Shown here: in pieces, positions 12,531-22,860 of the stretch
How the letters are laid out: every line of letters starts with the position of its first letter
Position numbering within the stretch: position 1 is the stretch's first letter
Made by a program: the position numbers and the translations under genes
The notes under the pieces: generated by a model
What the model was told of the DNA's origin: nothing
Database searches by the model: none
Seen by the model: only the letters and a program-made list of their open reading frames with translations
Assembly (NCBI GenBank): GCA_030390025.1
Contig: JASTWF010000036.1
Span: 3,784,001 to 3,848,000 of the forward strand
DNA from: Squalus acanthias
Taxonomy: Eukaryota
Length of the DNA: 64,000 nt
Direction: 5' to 3'

Positions 12531-12972
12531 AGAAACATAGAAACATAGAAACATAGAATCTAGGAGCAGGAGTAGGCCATTCGGCCCGTCGAGCCTGCTC
12601 CGCCATTCAATACGATCATGGCTGATCATCCAAATCCAGTACCCTGTCCCTGCTTTAATCCCCACAGTACACATATCCCACCCTACCCCCGTAACCCCAC
12701 GTATTTAATTCCCCCTAACATATCCCATCCTATCCCCATAACCCCACATATTTAATCCCCCCTAACACTAAGGGTCAATTTATCATAGCCAAATCAACCT
12801 AACCCACACATTTTTGGACTGTGGGAGGAAACCGGAGCACCCGGAGGAAACCCACGCAGACACGGGGAGAATGTGCAAACTCCACACAGACAGTCACCCG
12901 AGGTCAGATTCGAACCCGGGTCTCTGGCGCTGTGAGGCACCAGTGCTAACCACTATGCCACCGTGTTGCCCC
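12531..12972 (-). mobile_element. HE1-like V-SINE, full length
   Basis: Head GGTGGCATAGTGGTTAGCAC..GGTTCGAATC; V-domain TGTGTGGAGTTTGCACATTCTCCCCGTGTCTGCGTGGGTTTCCTCCGGG; CR1-type tail with (GTTTCTAT)n. Confidence 0.88.
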
Positions 12973-13019
12973 ACGGTGGCATAGGGAAGGAAACTAAAGG
13001 GAAACTAAGTAGAAAGCAA

Positions 13020-13630
13020 GCAAATAGTCTTACTGCAATTATATAGGGCCCTGGTGAGATCACACCTGGAGTATTGTGTACAGTTTTGGTCTCCTTACCT
13101 AAAGAAGGATATACTTGCCATAGAGGGAGTGCAATGAAGGTTCACCAGACTGGTTCCTGGGATGGGGGGATTGTCCTACGAGGAGAGATCGAGTAGACTA
13201 GGCCTATATTCTCTAGAGTTTAGTAGAATGGGAGGTGATCTCATTGAAACATACAAAATTCTTAGAGGGCTTGACAGGGTAGATGCAGGGAGGATGTTTC
13301 CCCTGGCTGGAGAGTCTAGAACCAGGGGTCACAGTCTCAGAATAAGGGGTCGGCCATTTAGGTCTGAGATGAGGAGAAATGTCTTCACTCAGAGGGTGGT
13401 GAATCTTTGGAATTCTCTACCCCAGAGGGCTGTGGAGGCGCAGTCGTTGAGTATATTCAAGACAGAGATCGATAGATTTTTGGATATTAAGGGACTCAAG
13501 GGATATGGGGATAGTGCAGGAAAGTGGAGATGAGGTCGAAGATCAGCCATGATCTTATTGAATGGCGGAGCAGGCTTGAGGGGCCAAATGGCCAACTCCT
13601 GCTCCTATTTCTTATGTACTTATGTTCTTA
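13020..13630 (+). mobile_element. CR1 3' fragment
   Basis: LGLYSLEF..GDLIETYKILRGLDRVD..WNSLPQRAVEA; CR1 tail. Confidence 0.92.
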
Positions 13631-13634
13631 AGTA

Positions 13635-14070
13635 TCAGCTGTGGCTCAGTGGGTAGCACACTTGCCTCTGAGTCAGAAAGTTGGGGGTTCAAAGTCCCAT
13701 TTCAGGGACTTGAGCACATATAGCTAGGCTGACACTCCAGTGCAGTGCTGAGGGAGCGCTGACACTGTTGGAGGTGCTGTTTTTTGGATGAGATGTTAAA
13801 CCGAGGCCCCGTCTACTCTCAGGTGGATGTAAAAGATCCCATGGCACTATTTCAAGGAAGAGTTGGGGATTTATCCCTGGTGTCCTGGTCAATATTTATC
13901 CCTCAACCAACATAACAAAAACAGATTATCCGGTCATTATCACATTGCTGTTTGTGGGAGCTTGCTGTGCGCTAATTGGCTGCTGTGTTTCCCGCATTAC
14001 AACAGTGACTCCACTTCAAAAGTACTTCAGTGGTTGTAAAAGGTGCTATAGAAATGCAAATCTTTCTTTT
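13635..14070 (+). mobile_element. Deu-domain SINE
   Basis: tRNA-like head, Deu core and tail. Confidence 0.88.
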
Positions 14071-14259
14071 AGAACATGAGACAAGAAAATGTGAAAGGTC
14101 CATGAATGAAATACATTTTTTCTGCTGTAGTCAGACACTCCACATTGAATTAGTTTTTTTTAGTATAGGGAACCCCTACAATGCTCCAGGCCTCCAAATG
14201 CCAATAAGGCATTAGTGAACATCCTCTCTACAATCAGCGGAACTGCAATCTCCCCACAG

Positions 14260-14360
14260 AGTCTCTGCGGCCCGTCCCTCTCTTTGTCACAAGGGTGATT
14301 GACAGTCGGCCGGACCAATGGGAGGAAGAGTTCGTGAATGGGCGCGCGCTCGGGCTCACT
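14260..14360 (+). promoter_or_regulatory. Probable FMNL promoter: TGATTGACAG decamer (14296-14305), CCAAT (14315-14319), CpG-rich patch
   Basis: Exact PBX-PREP/MEIS decamer 9 nt before a CCAAT box and GGGCGCGCGCTCGGG, about 400 bp upstream of the FMNL ATG in repeat-free sequence. Confidence 0.65.
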
Positions 14361-14727
14361 CCCTGCTTTCAGTTACAAGGAGAAACTGACACTGAACAAT
14401 GAATGGAGCCAGAGAGTCCTTACTACAAGCCCAGCAAGGACATCCAGACAGAAAGCAGCTGAAATGATTCCTGTAGGATAGCTTCCAACTGTTGGAAACG
14501 TATTCCCCTCTGAAGACAGAGGGGAGGGTAACACAAAAAAAAACACTTTTTAGGCTTGGGGGCGGGTGGGGGGGGGGGAAGTATTTCTTGACAAGTTTTT
14601 TTTTAAGTTTTTGAAAAGTTTTGGGACGAGGACCAGACGGACACTGCGGGAGGTCAATTCTTGGGATCCCCCCCCCCACCCCTTCCCAAAAAGGGGAATT
14701 TCAATTTCTTGTATCGCTCCAGATGAA

Positions 14728-14841
14728 ATGGGAAACACTGGAAGTCTGGATGGGCAGATGAATTTGAGTGCTCAAACCATGCCGCTGAAATTACCAATGC
14801 CCGAACAATGCGAACTGGAGGAGAGGTTTGCCATCGTCTTG
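14728..14841 (+). CDS. FMNL3: Formin-like protein, first coding exon (38 aa, phase-0 donor); FMNL3 favoured, FMNL2 not excluded
   Basis: [44 protein letters not shown] matches the recalled FMNL2/3 N-terminus (PMPE.xELEERFAxVL) and its exon-1 boundary; MGxxxS myristoylation motif; strong Kozak GAAATGG. Confidence 0.88.
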
Positions 14842-15526
14842 GTAAGTGAAACTTTCTCGTTTTTACTTTTTAATGAGATTCCAAATCAGTTACAAAGGCT
14901 TTAATTCCAAGTATGCCAGTGGATCTTCGGTTTATTTTGGACGGTTTATTTCTGTGCGTTCCGCTCGTTTCCTCAGCATCGTTGGAATATTAAAAGTCCC
15001 CCTCCTCCTCCTCCTCTTCCCACCAGACTCCAGTAACGGTCACCATTTTCCAGCTAATTAAAGGGACAGGATCCCTTTTTACCAGACGTGATGCAGATGG
15101 GCTTTAAAAACCCCTGGAAAGCAATGCTGTCACCCTGGAGTATTTCAGTTTGTTTTGTGCTGTAAGAGTGAACTGGTGTGAGTGTGAGAGAGATTTGCCT
15201 CTTAGCTGGCACTTGGAAGCTGAATTCTCAGTTCAAACGGCTGACAGTTCAGCGCAGTCACAGAAAGCAGATGTTTGAGAGGAAACCAGAAATGTGCAGA
15301 CTATCTGCTATCTGTTTGACTTGTTTCCCAGTCTCTTCACCACCCCCACCCCTACCCCTCTCTCGATTTGAGAGCACTGGCACAGTTTAATACTGGGCCT
15401 GGGGAAAAGAGCTTTGTGCTGGTGGTCAGGTTGAATTGAAAGCAGATCTGTGTTTCAAAAGCCAGTTTAATTTGCTTTGTAAAAGGTGCTGTGAGGACAG
15501 ACTAAGAGAGCTGTGTTGGGTTTGTG

Positions 15527-16320
15527 TGTCGGCCATGGCTCAGTGGGTAGCACCTCAGCACCCTCGCCTCTGAGTCAGAAGGTTGTGGGTTCAAGTCCCA
15601 CTCCAGAGACTTCAGCACATAAAGCCAGGCTGACACTCCCAGTGCAGTGCTGAGGGAGTGCTGCACTGTCGGAGGGGCAGTACTGAGGGAGCGCCGCACT
15701 GTCGGAGGGGCAGTACTGAGGGAGCGCCGCACTGTCGGAGGGGCAGTACTGAGGGAGCACCGCACTGTCGGAGGGGCAGTACTGAGGGAGCACCGCACTG
15801 TCGGAGGGGCAGTACTGAGGGAGCACCGCACTGTCGGAGGGGGCAGTACTGAGGGAGCGCTGCACTGTCGGAGGGGCAGTACTGAGGGAGCGCCGCACTG
15901 TCGGAGGGGCAGTACTGAGGGAGTGCTGCACTGTCAGAGGGGCAGTACTGAGGGAGTGCTGCACTGTCAGAGGGGCAGTACTGAGGGAGTGCTGCCCTGT
16001 TGGAGGTGCTGTCTTTTGGATGAGACGTTAAACCGAGGCCCCGTCTGCGCTCTCAGGTGGACGTAAAAGATCCCATGGCACTATTTCGAAGTTATCCCTG
16101 GTGTCCTGGACAATATTTATCCCTCAACCAACATAACCAAAACAGATGATCTGGTCATTATCACATTGCTGTTTGTGGGAGCTTGCTGTGCGCAAATTGG
16201 CTGCCGCGTTTCCCACATTACAACAGTGACTACACTTCAAAAAGTACTTCATTGGCTATAAAGTGCTTTGAGACGTCCGGTGGTCGTGAAAGGCGCTATA
16301 GAAATGCAATTCTTTCTTTC
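15527..16320 (+). mobile_element. Deu-domain SINE with internal tandem expansion
   Basis: Head at ~15527-15610; Deu core and tail resume after ~16008. Confidence 0.9.
15645..16008. repeat. 33-bp minisatellite, about 11 copies
   Basis: Unit CAGTACTGAGGGAGCGCCGCACTGTCGGAGGGG with small variants. Confidence 0.95.
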
Positions 16321-16339
16321 ACGTTTCCAAATTTTAAGG

Positions 16340-16615
16340 AGCCCCAAGCTCGGAGAAAGTCTGGCACAAGAGCTGCTACATTGCAGAATGAATTGGCCCC
16401 TGGTGTACTAAGTGCTGAGTCCGCAGAGTCTTTCAAAAAGAAATCAGGATGTATTTCTGCATTGGGATAAAATCACCACTCTAACAAAATAGTTAGTGGA
16501 GGGTTTGTGCTGGGGCAGTCTTGAGTACAATAACAGATGGGAGATGAGTGGTATCAGTCCACTCGGCAGGACATGCTGATGGGTCGAATAACCTGTTCTC
16601 ATTCATAAGATTCTG
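16340..16615 (+). mobile_element. Very old CR1 3' relic
   Basis: LQNELAPGVLSAESAESFKKK (like WN.LP..VV.A.S..SFK); GATGGGTCGAATAACCTGTTC tail. Confidence 0.5.
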
Positions 16616-16956
16616 GTTCTTTTTGTTGTGGTAAGCTGTTGAGAAATCCTGTGGCTCAGTGTCTGTAATGCGGATGTTCTGTGGGGTCATGAAGGTGAGG
16701 GAGGGTGAAGTGCAAGTCGCACCATTACCACCTCGGAAGTTTTGTTTTGGGTAGCACAAGCATTCACTGTTAATTTTGTTTATAGCCTTCACTGGGTTGG
16801 AGATGGTTCATTGTTTGCTACTGCCCATGTCTAAACTCGTACCAAGCCCCATTCACCCATCACCCCTTGTGCTACATTGGCTCCCGGTCCAGCAACGCCT
16901 CAAATGTAATCTCCTCCTCCTCCTCCTTGATATCCCTCCGCGGCCTCGCCCCTCCC

Positions 16957-17259
16957 CATCTCTGCAACTTCCTCCAGCCCCACAACCCTCCGACATCTCT
17001 GCAACTTCCTCCAGCCCCACAACCCTCCGACATCTCTGCAACTTCCTCCAGCCCCACAACCCTCCGACATCTCTGCAACTTCCTCCAGCCCCACAACCCT
17101 CCGACATCTCTGCAACTTCCTCCAGCCCCACAACCCTCCGACATCTCTGCAACTTCCTCCAGCCCCACAACCCTCCGACATCTCTGCAACTTCCTCCAGC
17201 CCCACAACCCTCCGACATCTCTGCAACTTCCTCCAGCCCCACAACCCTCCGACATCTCT
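16957..17259. repeat. 37-bp minisatellite, 8 identical copies plus a partial copy
   Basis: Unit CATCTCTGCAACTTCCTCCAGCCCCACAACCCTCCGA. Confidence 0.97.
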
Positions 17260-17297
17260 ACGCTTCTCCAATTCTGGCCTCTTGCACATCCCTGACT

Positions 17298-17848
17298 CCA
17301 TAAAACACTGGTTCGGCCTCAACTGGAGTATTGGGTCCAATTCTGGGCACCGCACTTTAGGAAGGATGTGAAGGCTTTAGAGAGGGTGCAGAAAAGATTT
17401 ACGAGAATGATTCCAGGGATGAGGGATTACAGTTACATGGATAGACTGGAGAAGCTGGGGTTGTTCTCCTTGGAGCAGAGCAGGTTGAGAGGAGATTTGA
17501 TAGAGGTGTTCAAAATCATGAGGGGTCTGGACAGAGTAGATAGAGAGAAACTGTTCCCATTGGCGGAAGGGTTGAGAACCAGAGGACACAGATTCAAGGT
17601 GATTGGCAGAAGGACCAAAGGCGACAGCAAGTGGTTATGATCTGGAATGCACTGCCTGAGAGGGTGGTGGAGGCAGACTCAATCGTGGCTTTCAAAAGGG
17701 AGTTGGATAAGTACCTGAAGGGAAAAAATTTGCAGGACTACGGGGAAAGGGCGGGGGAGTGGGACTAGCTGATGTGCTCTTACAGAAAGCCGGCATGGGC
17801 TCGACGGGCCGAATGGCCTCCTTCTGTGCTGTAACCATTCTATGATTC
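17298..17848 (+). mobile_element. CR1 3' fragment nested in L2
   Basis: LERVQKRFTRMIPG..LRGDLIEVFKIMRGLDRVD; ATTCTATGATTC tail. Confidence 0.9.
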
Positions 17849-18099
17849 GCACCACGATTGGCGGCCGAGCCTTCAGCCCTCTCGGCTCTAATCTCTGGAA
17901 TTCCCTCCCTAAACCTCTCCGCCTCTCTCAAGATGTGCCTTCAAACCTATCTCTTTGTCCCCTGTCCTAATATCTCCTCCTTTGGCTTGGTGTCAGTTTT
18001 TGTCTGATGACGCTCCTGTGAAGTGCCCTGGAACGTTTTACTATGTTAAAGGTGCTATATCAATGCACGTTATTGTTGACAGTTTTCTCCTCCGAAGAC

Positions 18100-18470
18100 G
18101 CTGACCCTTGCTGCGATACAGTTCCATGGGTACAGCAGCTCTCCAGTATCTCACCAGGGTGGTCATTCTTCACGTGTGAACCTTAACAGTGTGATAAGGG
18201 CAATCTACCATGAGGGGCATCACGGCCAAACCCAGTCCTGCCCTCGCACGGCATCCACACACAGGCACTTTCCAGCACGTCACTACGTAGCGATAAGGAG
18301 TGGAAACCTTGGCTGACTTCCTCGCTTTCTCCCCAGCCCAGGGACACTGAGGAAAGTTGTTGCAACACGACCGTGATCAGTTAACTCGGCACAAATTGGG
18401 GGGGGGTGTGGCACGTCGGATCACCCTGGCACCACACCAGCTGGTGCACTTACCCACTTATCCATCGGGG
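18100..18470 (-). mobile_element. Old SINE-like family C copy
   Basis: ACAGTTCCATGGG..GGTCATTCTTCACGTGTG..TTTCCAGCA..GATCAGTTAACTCGGCACA. Confidence 0.6.
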
Positions 18471-18877
18471 GAGCCTCGGGCATCTGTTACAAAGGCTTGA
18501 ATACGAAGAAGCATTAGTCATCTATTACAGACCTGCATTACTCTCAAACTAGGAATTTCAAAAGGGGCTTTGTCTGGCATGAGAGACACTGAGCAGAACC
18601 TAGCACAAGGGAGGGATCTAAGAACTGACACCGACAGTGTGGAGTTGTGAAAACTTGATAATTACGAAATCTTTGTGATTGTTTTGGAGCCATTTAATAC
18701 TCTCAGTACTTTGACCAGGTTTGATTTCTTGTATTGAGTGGGAGCCAAGAATGGGATCCAATTCTTAGTCCAGTCCAGCTGCTTTGTTATGTACTTTCAA
18801 TGATTCTGCTTTACTCTGTGCGTGGCATAAATGGTTTCGTGCTGGATCGGTGCCCGTGTGCAACGTTTATTTTGTCT

Positions 18878-19145
18878 CCAACAACAACAACGTGCATTTA
18901 TATAGAGCCTGTAACGTGGTAAAACGTCCCAAGGCGCTTCACAGGACCATTAGCAAACAAAATTTAACACCGAGCCACATAAGGAGATATTAGGACAGGT
19001 GACCAAAAGCTTGGTCAAAGAGGTAGGTTTTAAGGAGCGTCTTAAAGGAGGAGAGAGAGGGAGAGAGGCGGAGAGGTTTAGGGAGGGAATTCCAGAGCTT
19101 AAGGGCTAGGGAACTGACGGCACGGCCGCCAATGGTGGAGCGATA
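18878..19145 (-). mobile_element. L2 3' end
   Basis: (CAA)n TGCATTTATATAG..CCCAAGGCGCTTCACAGGA..GGGAGGGAATTCCAGAG. Confidence 0.88.
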
Positions 19146-19290
19146 CGACGTGGTAGCTCTGGCTTTCTTTTCCTTCCTAGCTCAGGGGCACTGAGGGCAG
19201 TTGTAGGGCCACTGGTACCACCACAGTTGTGATCAGCTGTCAAAGGGGTCGAACCTGGGAGTTCACTGGGCAGTGCATCTACCAACTAAG

Positions 19291-19717
19291 TGTCAGCCGT
19301 GGCTCAGTGGGTCGCACTTTCGCCTCTGAGTCAGAAGGTTGTCGGTTCAAGTCCCACTCCAGGGACTTCCACACAAAATCCAGGCTGACACTGTCGGAGG
19401 TGCTGTCTCTCGGATGAGACGTTAAACCGAGGCCCCGTCTGTCATCACAGGTGGACGTAAAAGATCCCTTGGCACTATTTCGAAGAAGAGCAGGGGAGTT
19501 ATCCCCCGGTGTCCTGGACAATATTTATCGGGCAACCGCCATCACTAAAACAGATGATCTGGTCATTATCACATTGTTGTTTGTGGGAGTTTGCTGTGTG
19601 CAAATTGGCTGCCGCGTTTCCTACATTAGAACGGTGATTACACTTCAAAAATACTTCATTGGCTGTAAAGCTCTTTGGGACATTGTGAAAGGCGCTATAT
19701 AAATGCAAGTTTTTTTT
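19291..19717 (+). mobile_element. Deu-domain SINE with internal deletion
   Basis: Head, GCTGACACTGTCGGAGG junction, Deu core and tail. Confidence 0.88.
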
Positions 19718-20589
19718 TAAGCCACTGGGGGGGTGGGGGGGGGCACTAGCCAAATTTCAATGCAAGGTTCACTAGATGGCGGTCCATAGGAAACCGTGTT
19801 GTCTGATTGATGCAGTGTGGGTTCACCCTTCTCCGTAAGACTCCCTGGAAGGGACATGCAACATGCGTGGCTTATTGTAGGGGTGCGCGATAGGGTATGT
19901 GGTTTCATAGGGACAGAACAATGTGTCGCATATCTGGAAGTGTTCAAGAGAGGGGCTATTCATGAACAGGCTGAGGGAGCACCTTGAAAAGCAGCCTGCT
20001 TGAACACAGAAGCAATGTTCATATTTGACGTGTTTAACTGTATCCATGGCTTTGTCCTGTCTCTGCTGGATTCAGGAATGACCCGAGTATACCTTACTGT
20101 ACATTCCTCTCAACCACAGCAGAGAATTCGTACGGTATCCCAAGTTTATTTGAATAGGCCAGCGGAATTTCACACATTCTTGGAAGTAAATTCGACCGTT
20201 TCTGTGCAGCTTGCCTCCTTTTGGGAAAATTAGTTTCCAATCCTTGGGAGAAAGTCAAGAGTGCAAACTTTGGCAAAGTTGACTATTGAGGCTCCTTTTG
20301 TTTGCATGTTTCGGGAGTGTTTTAAACTGCCGAAGCTGGTTGGCATGACCCACGCCAACACTTGGCAAGACTGGCCGTATGGTGATTGGTTTGTACCCAG
20401 ATTTCATAGCTCTACGTTCACTAAGTATGCTTGGCTAAAGAGTCGTCACATGTTAGAAAGTAGTTTTCACCACAAGCACGGGTGTTTCCTATGGGAGATG
20501 GCTAGGGTGTTTCTTGTTTTTTTTTATGCTTGTCTCGGTGAGGGATGCAAGCACTGGGGAAGAACACTTTTGGCATGAAGAATACAATT

Positions 20590-21002
20590 TTAGGCTTGTT
20601 TTCCCTTGAGTATAGAAGATTAAGGGGTGATCTAAATGAGGTATTTAAGATGATGAAAGGAATTGATAGGGTAGACAGAGAGAAACTATTTCCTCAGGTG
20701 GGGGGGAGTCCAGAACAAGGGAGCATAACCTTAAAATTAGAGCCAGGCCGTTCAGGGGTGATGTCAGGAAGCACTTCTTCACACAAAGGGTGGTGGAAAT
20801 CTGGAACTCCCCCCCCAAAAAAGCTGTTGAGGCTGGGGGTCAATTGAAAATTTTAAGACTGAGATTGATAAATTTCTGTTGGGCAAGAGTATTAAGGGTT
20901 ACGGAACCAAGGCGGGTAGATGGAGTAAAGATACAGATAGTCATGATCTAATGGAATGGTGGAGCAGGCTCAAGGAGCTGAATGGCCTCCTCCTGTTCCT
21001 AA
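20590..21002 (+). mobile_element. CR1 3' fragment
   Basis: LGLFSLEYRRLRGDLNEVFKMMKGIDRVD; CR1 tail. Confidence 0.88.
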
Positions 21003-21239
21003 ATTCCTATTCCTGGGGCAGTAATACAGATTTGTTTCCTGTGTAAAAGTGGCTGATTTTTTGTGTGTGATCAGGCCCCAGAGCAACCAGTGCAGAAATA
21101 CAGACACTGTAACGGTAGAAGTTTATCTCAAGTGTAAGTGCTCTTCTGAATTTAACCCTTCTTGGGTCTTCCAACTCCAGAGCAGATCCTTCCACCCAAT
21201 TTATCAAATAATCTGAGTTAACAATGCAGTATGTTAATA

Positions 21240-21362
21240 TACATAGAATGTTGCCGCACAGAAACCGGCCATTCGGCCCAACTGGTCTATGCCGATGTTT
21301 ATCCACACGAGCCTCCTCCCATCCTACTTCATCTCACCCCATCAACATAGCCTTCTATTCCT
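21240..21362 (-). mobile_element. CR1 3' tail
   Basis: CATAGAAT..ACAGAAACCGGCCATTCGGCCCAACTGG; matches 23860-23980. Confidence 0.75.
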
Positions 21363-21479
21363 GAGGGATCATGTACTTCCCTAAGTCACTGAAGGATTCT
21401 CATCAGCTACGCATGGTGCATTGAGTTGAAGGTTCAGCGTCAAGGGGGAGTTGATCCCAATATTCCCGAAACGTGCTTG

Positions 21480-21790
21480 GCTCTATGGATACATAATAGT
21501 GTTTTAAAGTGATGAAAGGATGGGGCAGGAGGGGGCTGTTTCCGGTTGTTGAGGGGGTCCAAAATAAGGAGCAATAGATGCAAGGTTAAATGTGAGAGAT
21601 TTAGAACAGCGGGCAGGAGAAACTTCTTGGCACAGAGAGAATTGTGAGGCTGTGGCATTCACTCCCAGGGTTGGTGGTTGAGCCAGAAACGATGTCCACA
21701 TTCAAGATTAGATTTAATAGGTGGATGTGGGAATAGGGTCAATGTGATTAGGACTACTTGCTCACGTGGAAGGGTAAACAACGACATGAA
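21480..21790 (+). mobile_element. Old CR1 fragment
   Basis: Similar to 3790-4120 (AAATGTGAGAGATTTAGAACAG..AGGAGAAAC). Confidence 0.65.
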
Positions 21791-22059
21791 CTGTGTGTGT
21801 GTGTGTGTCTCTGCCACCAACTGCAGACTGTTGTATCCATTTCTGTCTTGACACTGCATACACATGGAAACTCCCTCTCAGTATGTGGTGCTCTTTACCT
21901 GAGCAGTAATAAGGCTGCTTCTGACAAGCTTAATCCCCTTACTTGGGATTAGGTTACCATTCAGTGAAAGTAATTGCACAACCGAGTAATGGAGGGAGGG
22001 CAAAGTCCTCGGTCACTACATCGTAGCTGTGCTTGAAATGAGTCCAGACTGTTTGGAGT

Positions 22060-22245
22060 AGGAAGGTTTAATCTCTGGTCTGTGCTGACTTTAGTTGATC
22101 TCAGCTAGGGTGCTCCGAAGGCTGGTACGATTGGCCTCGGTGCCCCAGGGCTACGGAGGAGAAAATCGCAACCCGCTTTCCTACTCCACTGACCCCTGGT
22201 GGCTGTTGAATGAGGACAATCAGGCTTGGTTGTGTTCCACCCCAC
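22060..22245 (+). mobile_element. Old SINE-like family C fragment
   Basis: GGTCTGTGCTGACTTTAGTTGATCTCAGCT..ATTGGCCTCGGTGCCCCAGGGCTA. Confidence 0.55.
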
Positions 22246-22317
22246 CCCTGCTCTCCCAACCATCCACCCACCCCTGTCCTCCAGTCGAATGTCCTGCTGA
22301 CACTCCCAGTCCAGGGT

Positions 22318-22860
22318 GTGAGCTGTGGCTCAATTGGCAGCACGCTCGCATCTGAGTCAGAAGGTTGTGGGTTCAAGTCCCGCTCCAGAGACTTGAGCAC
22401 AAAATCAAGTCTGACACTCCCAGTGTGAATTGGCAGCCCGTTTTACACTCTGCCCAATTTTCTTTCCCAATGAAGTCAGTTCATTGAAGTGAGTCCCAAT
22501 TAATTCAAGCTCGGCTGCACTGTCGGAGGTGCTGTCTTTCGGATGAGACGTTAAACCGAGGCCCTGTCTGCTCTCTCAGCTGGATGTAAAAGATCCCATG
22601 GCACTATTTCGAAGAAGAGCAATGGGGGTTCTCCCCGGTGTCCTGGGCCAATATTTATCCTTCAACCAACATCACTAAAAAACAGAATTATCTGGTTATT
22701 CTCTCATTGCTGTTTGTGGGAGCTTGCTGTGCACATATTGGCTGCTGTGTTCCCCACATTACAACAGTGACTACACTTCAAAAAAAGAACTTCATTGGCG
22801 GCAAAGCGGTTTGGGACGTCCTGAGATCGTGCAAGGCGCTGTAGAAAAGGAAGTTCTTTT
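22318..22860 (+). mobile_element. Deu-domain SINE with ~90-bp foreign insert (22425-22515)
   Basis: Head, Deu core and tail are interrupted at the internal hairpin. Confidence 0.85.

Larger units (their letters stand above)
16825..18078 (+). mobile_element. L2 3' fragment containing a minisatellite and a nested CR1
   Basis: LHWLPV..; resumes ~17849 ATTGGCGGCCGAGCCTTCAG..WNSLP; L2 tail. Confidence 0.85.

Noticed and set aside
14566..14904. 112-aa ORF as a complete gene
   Set aside because: Only 14728-14841 is FMNL-like; the rest is UTR and intron read-through
15645..17259. CRISPR-like arrays (33-bp and 37-bp repeats) and their repetitive ORFs
   Set aside because: Head-to-tail units with no unique spacers, derived from SINE/L2 sequence, no cas genes, eukaryotic context
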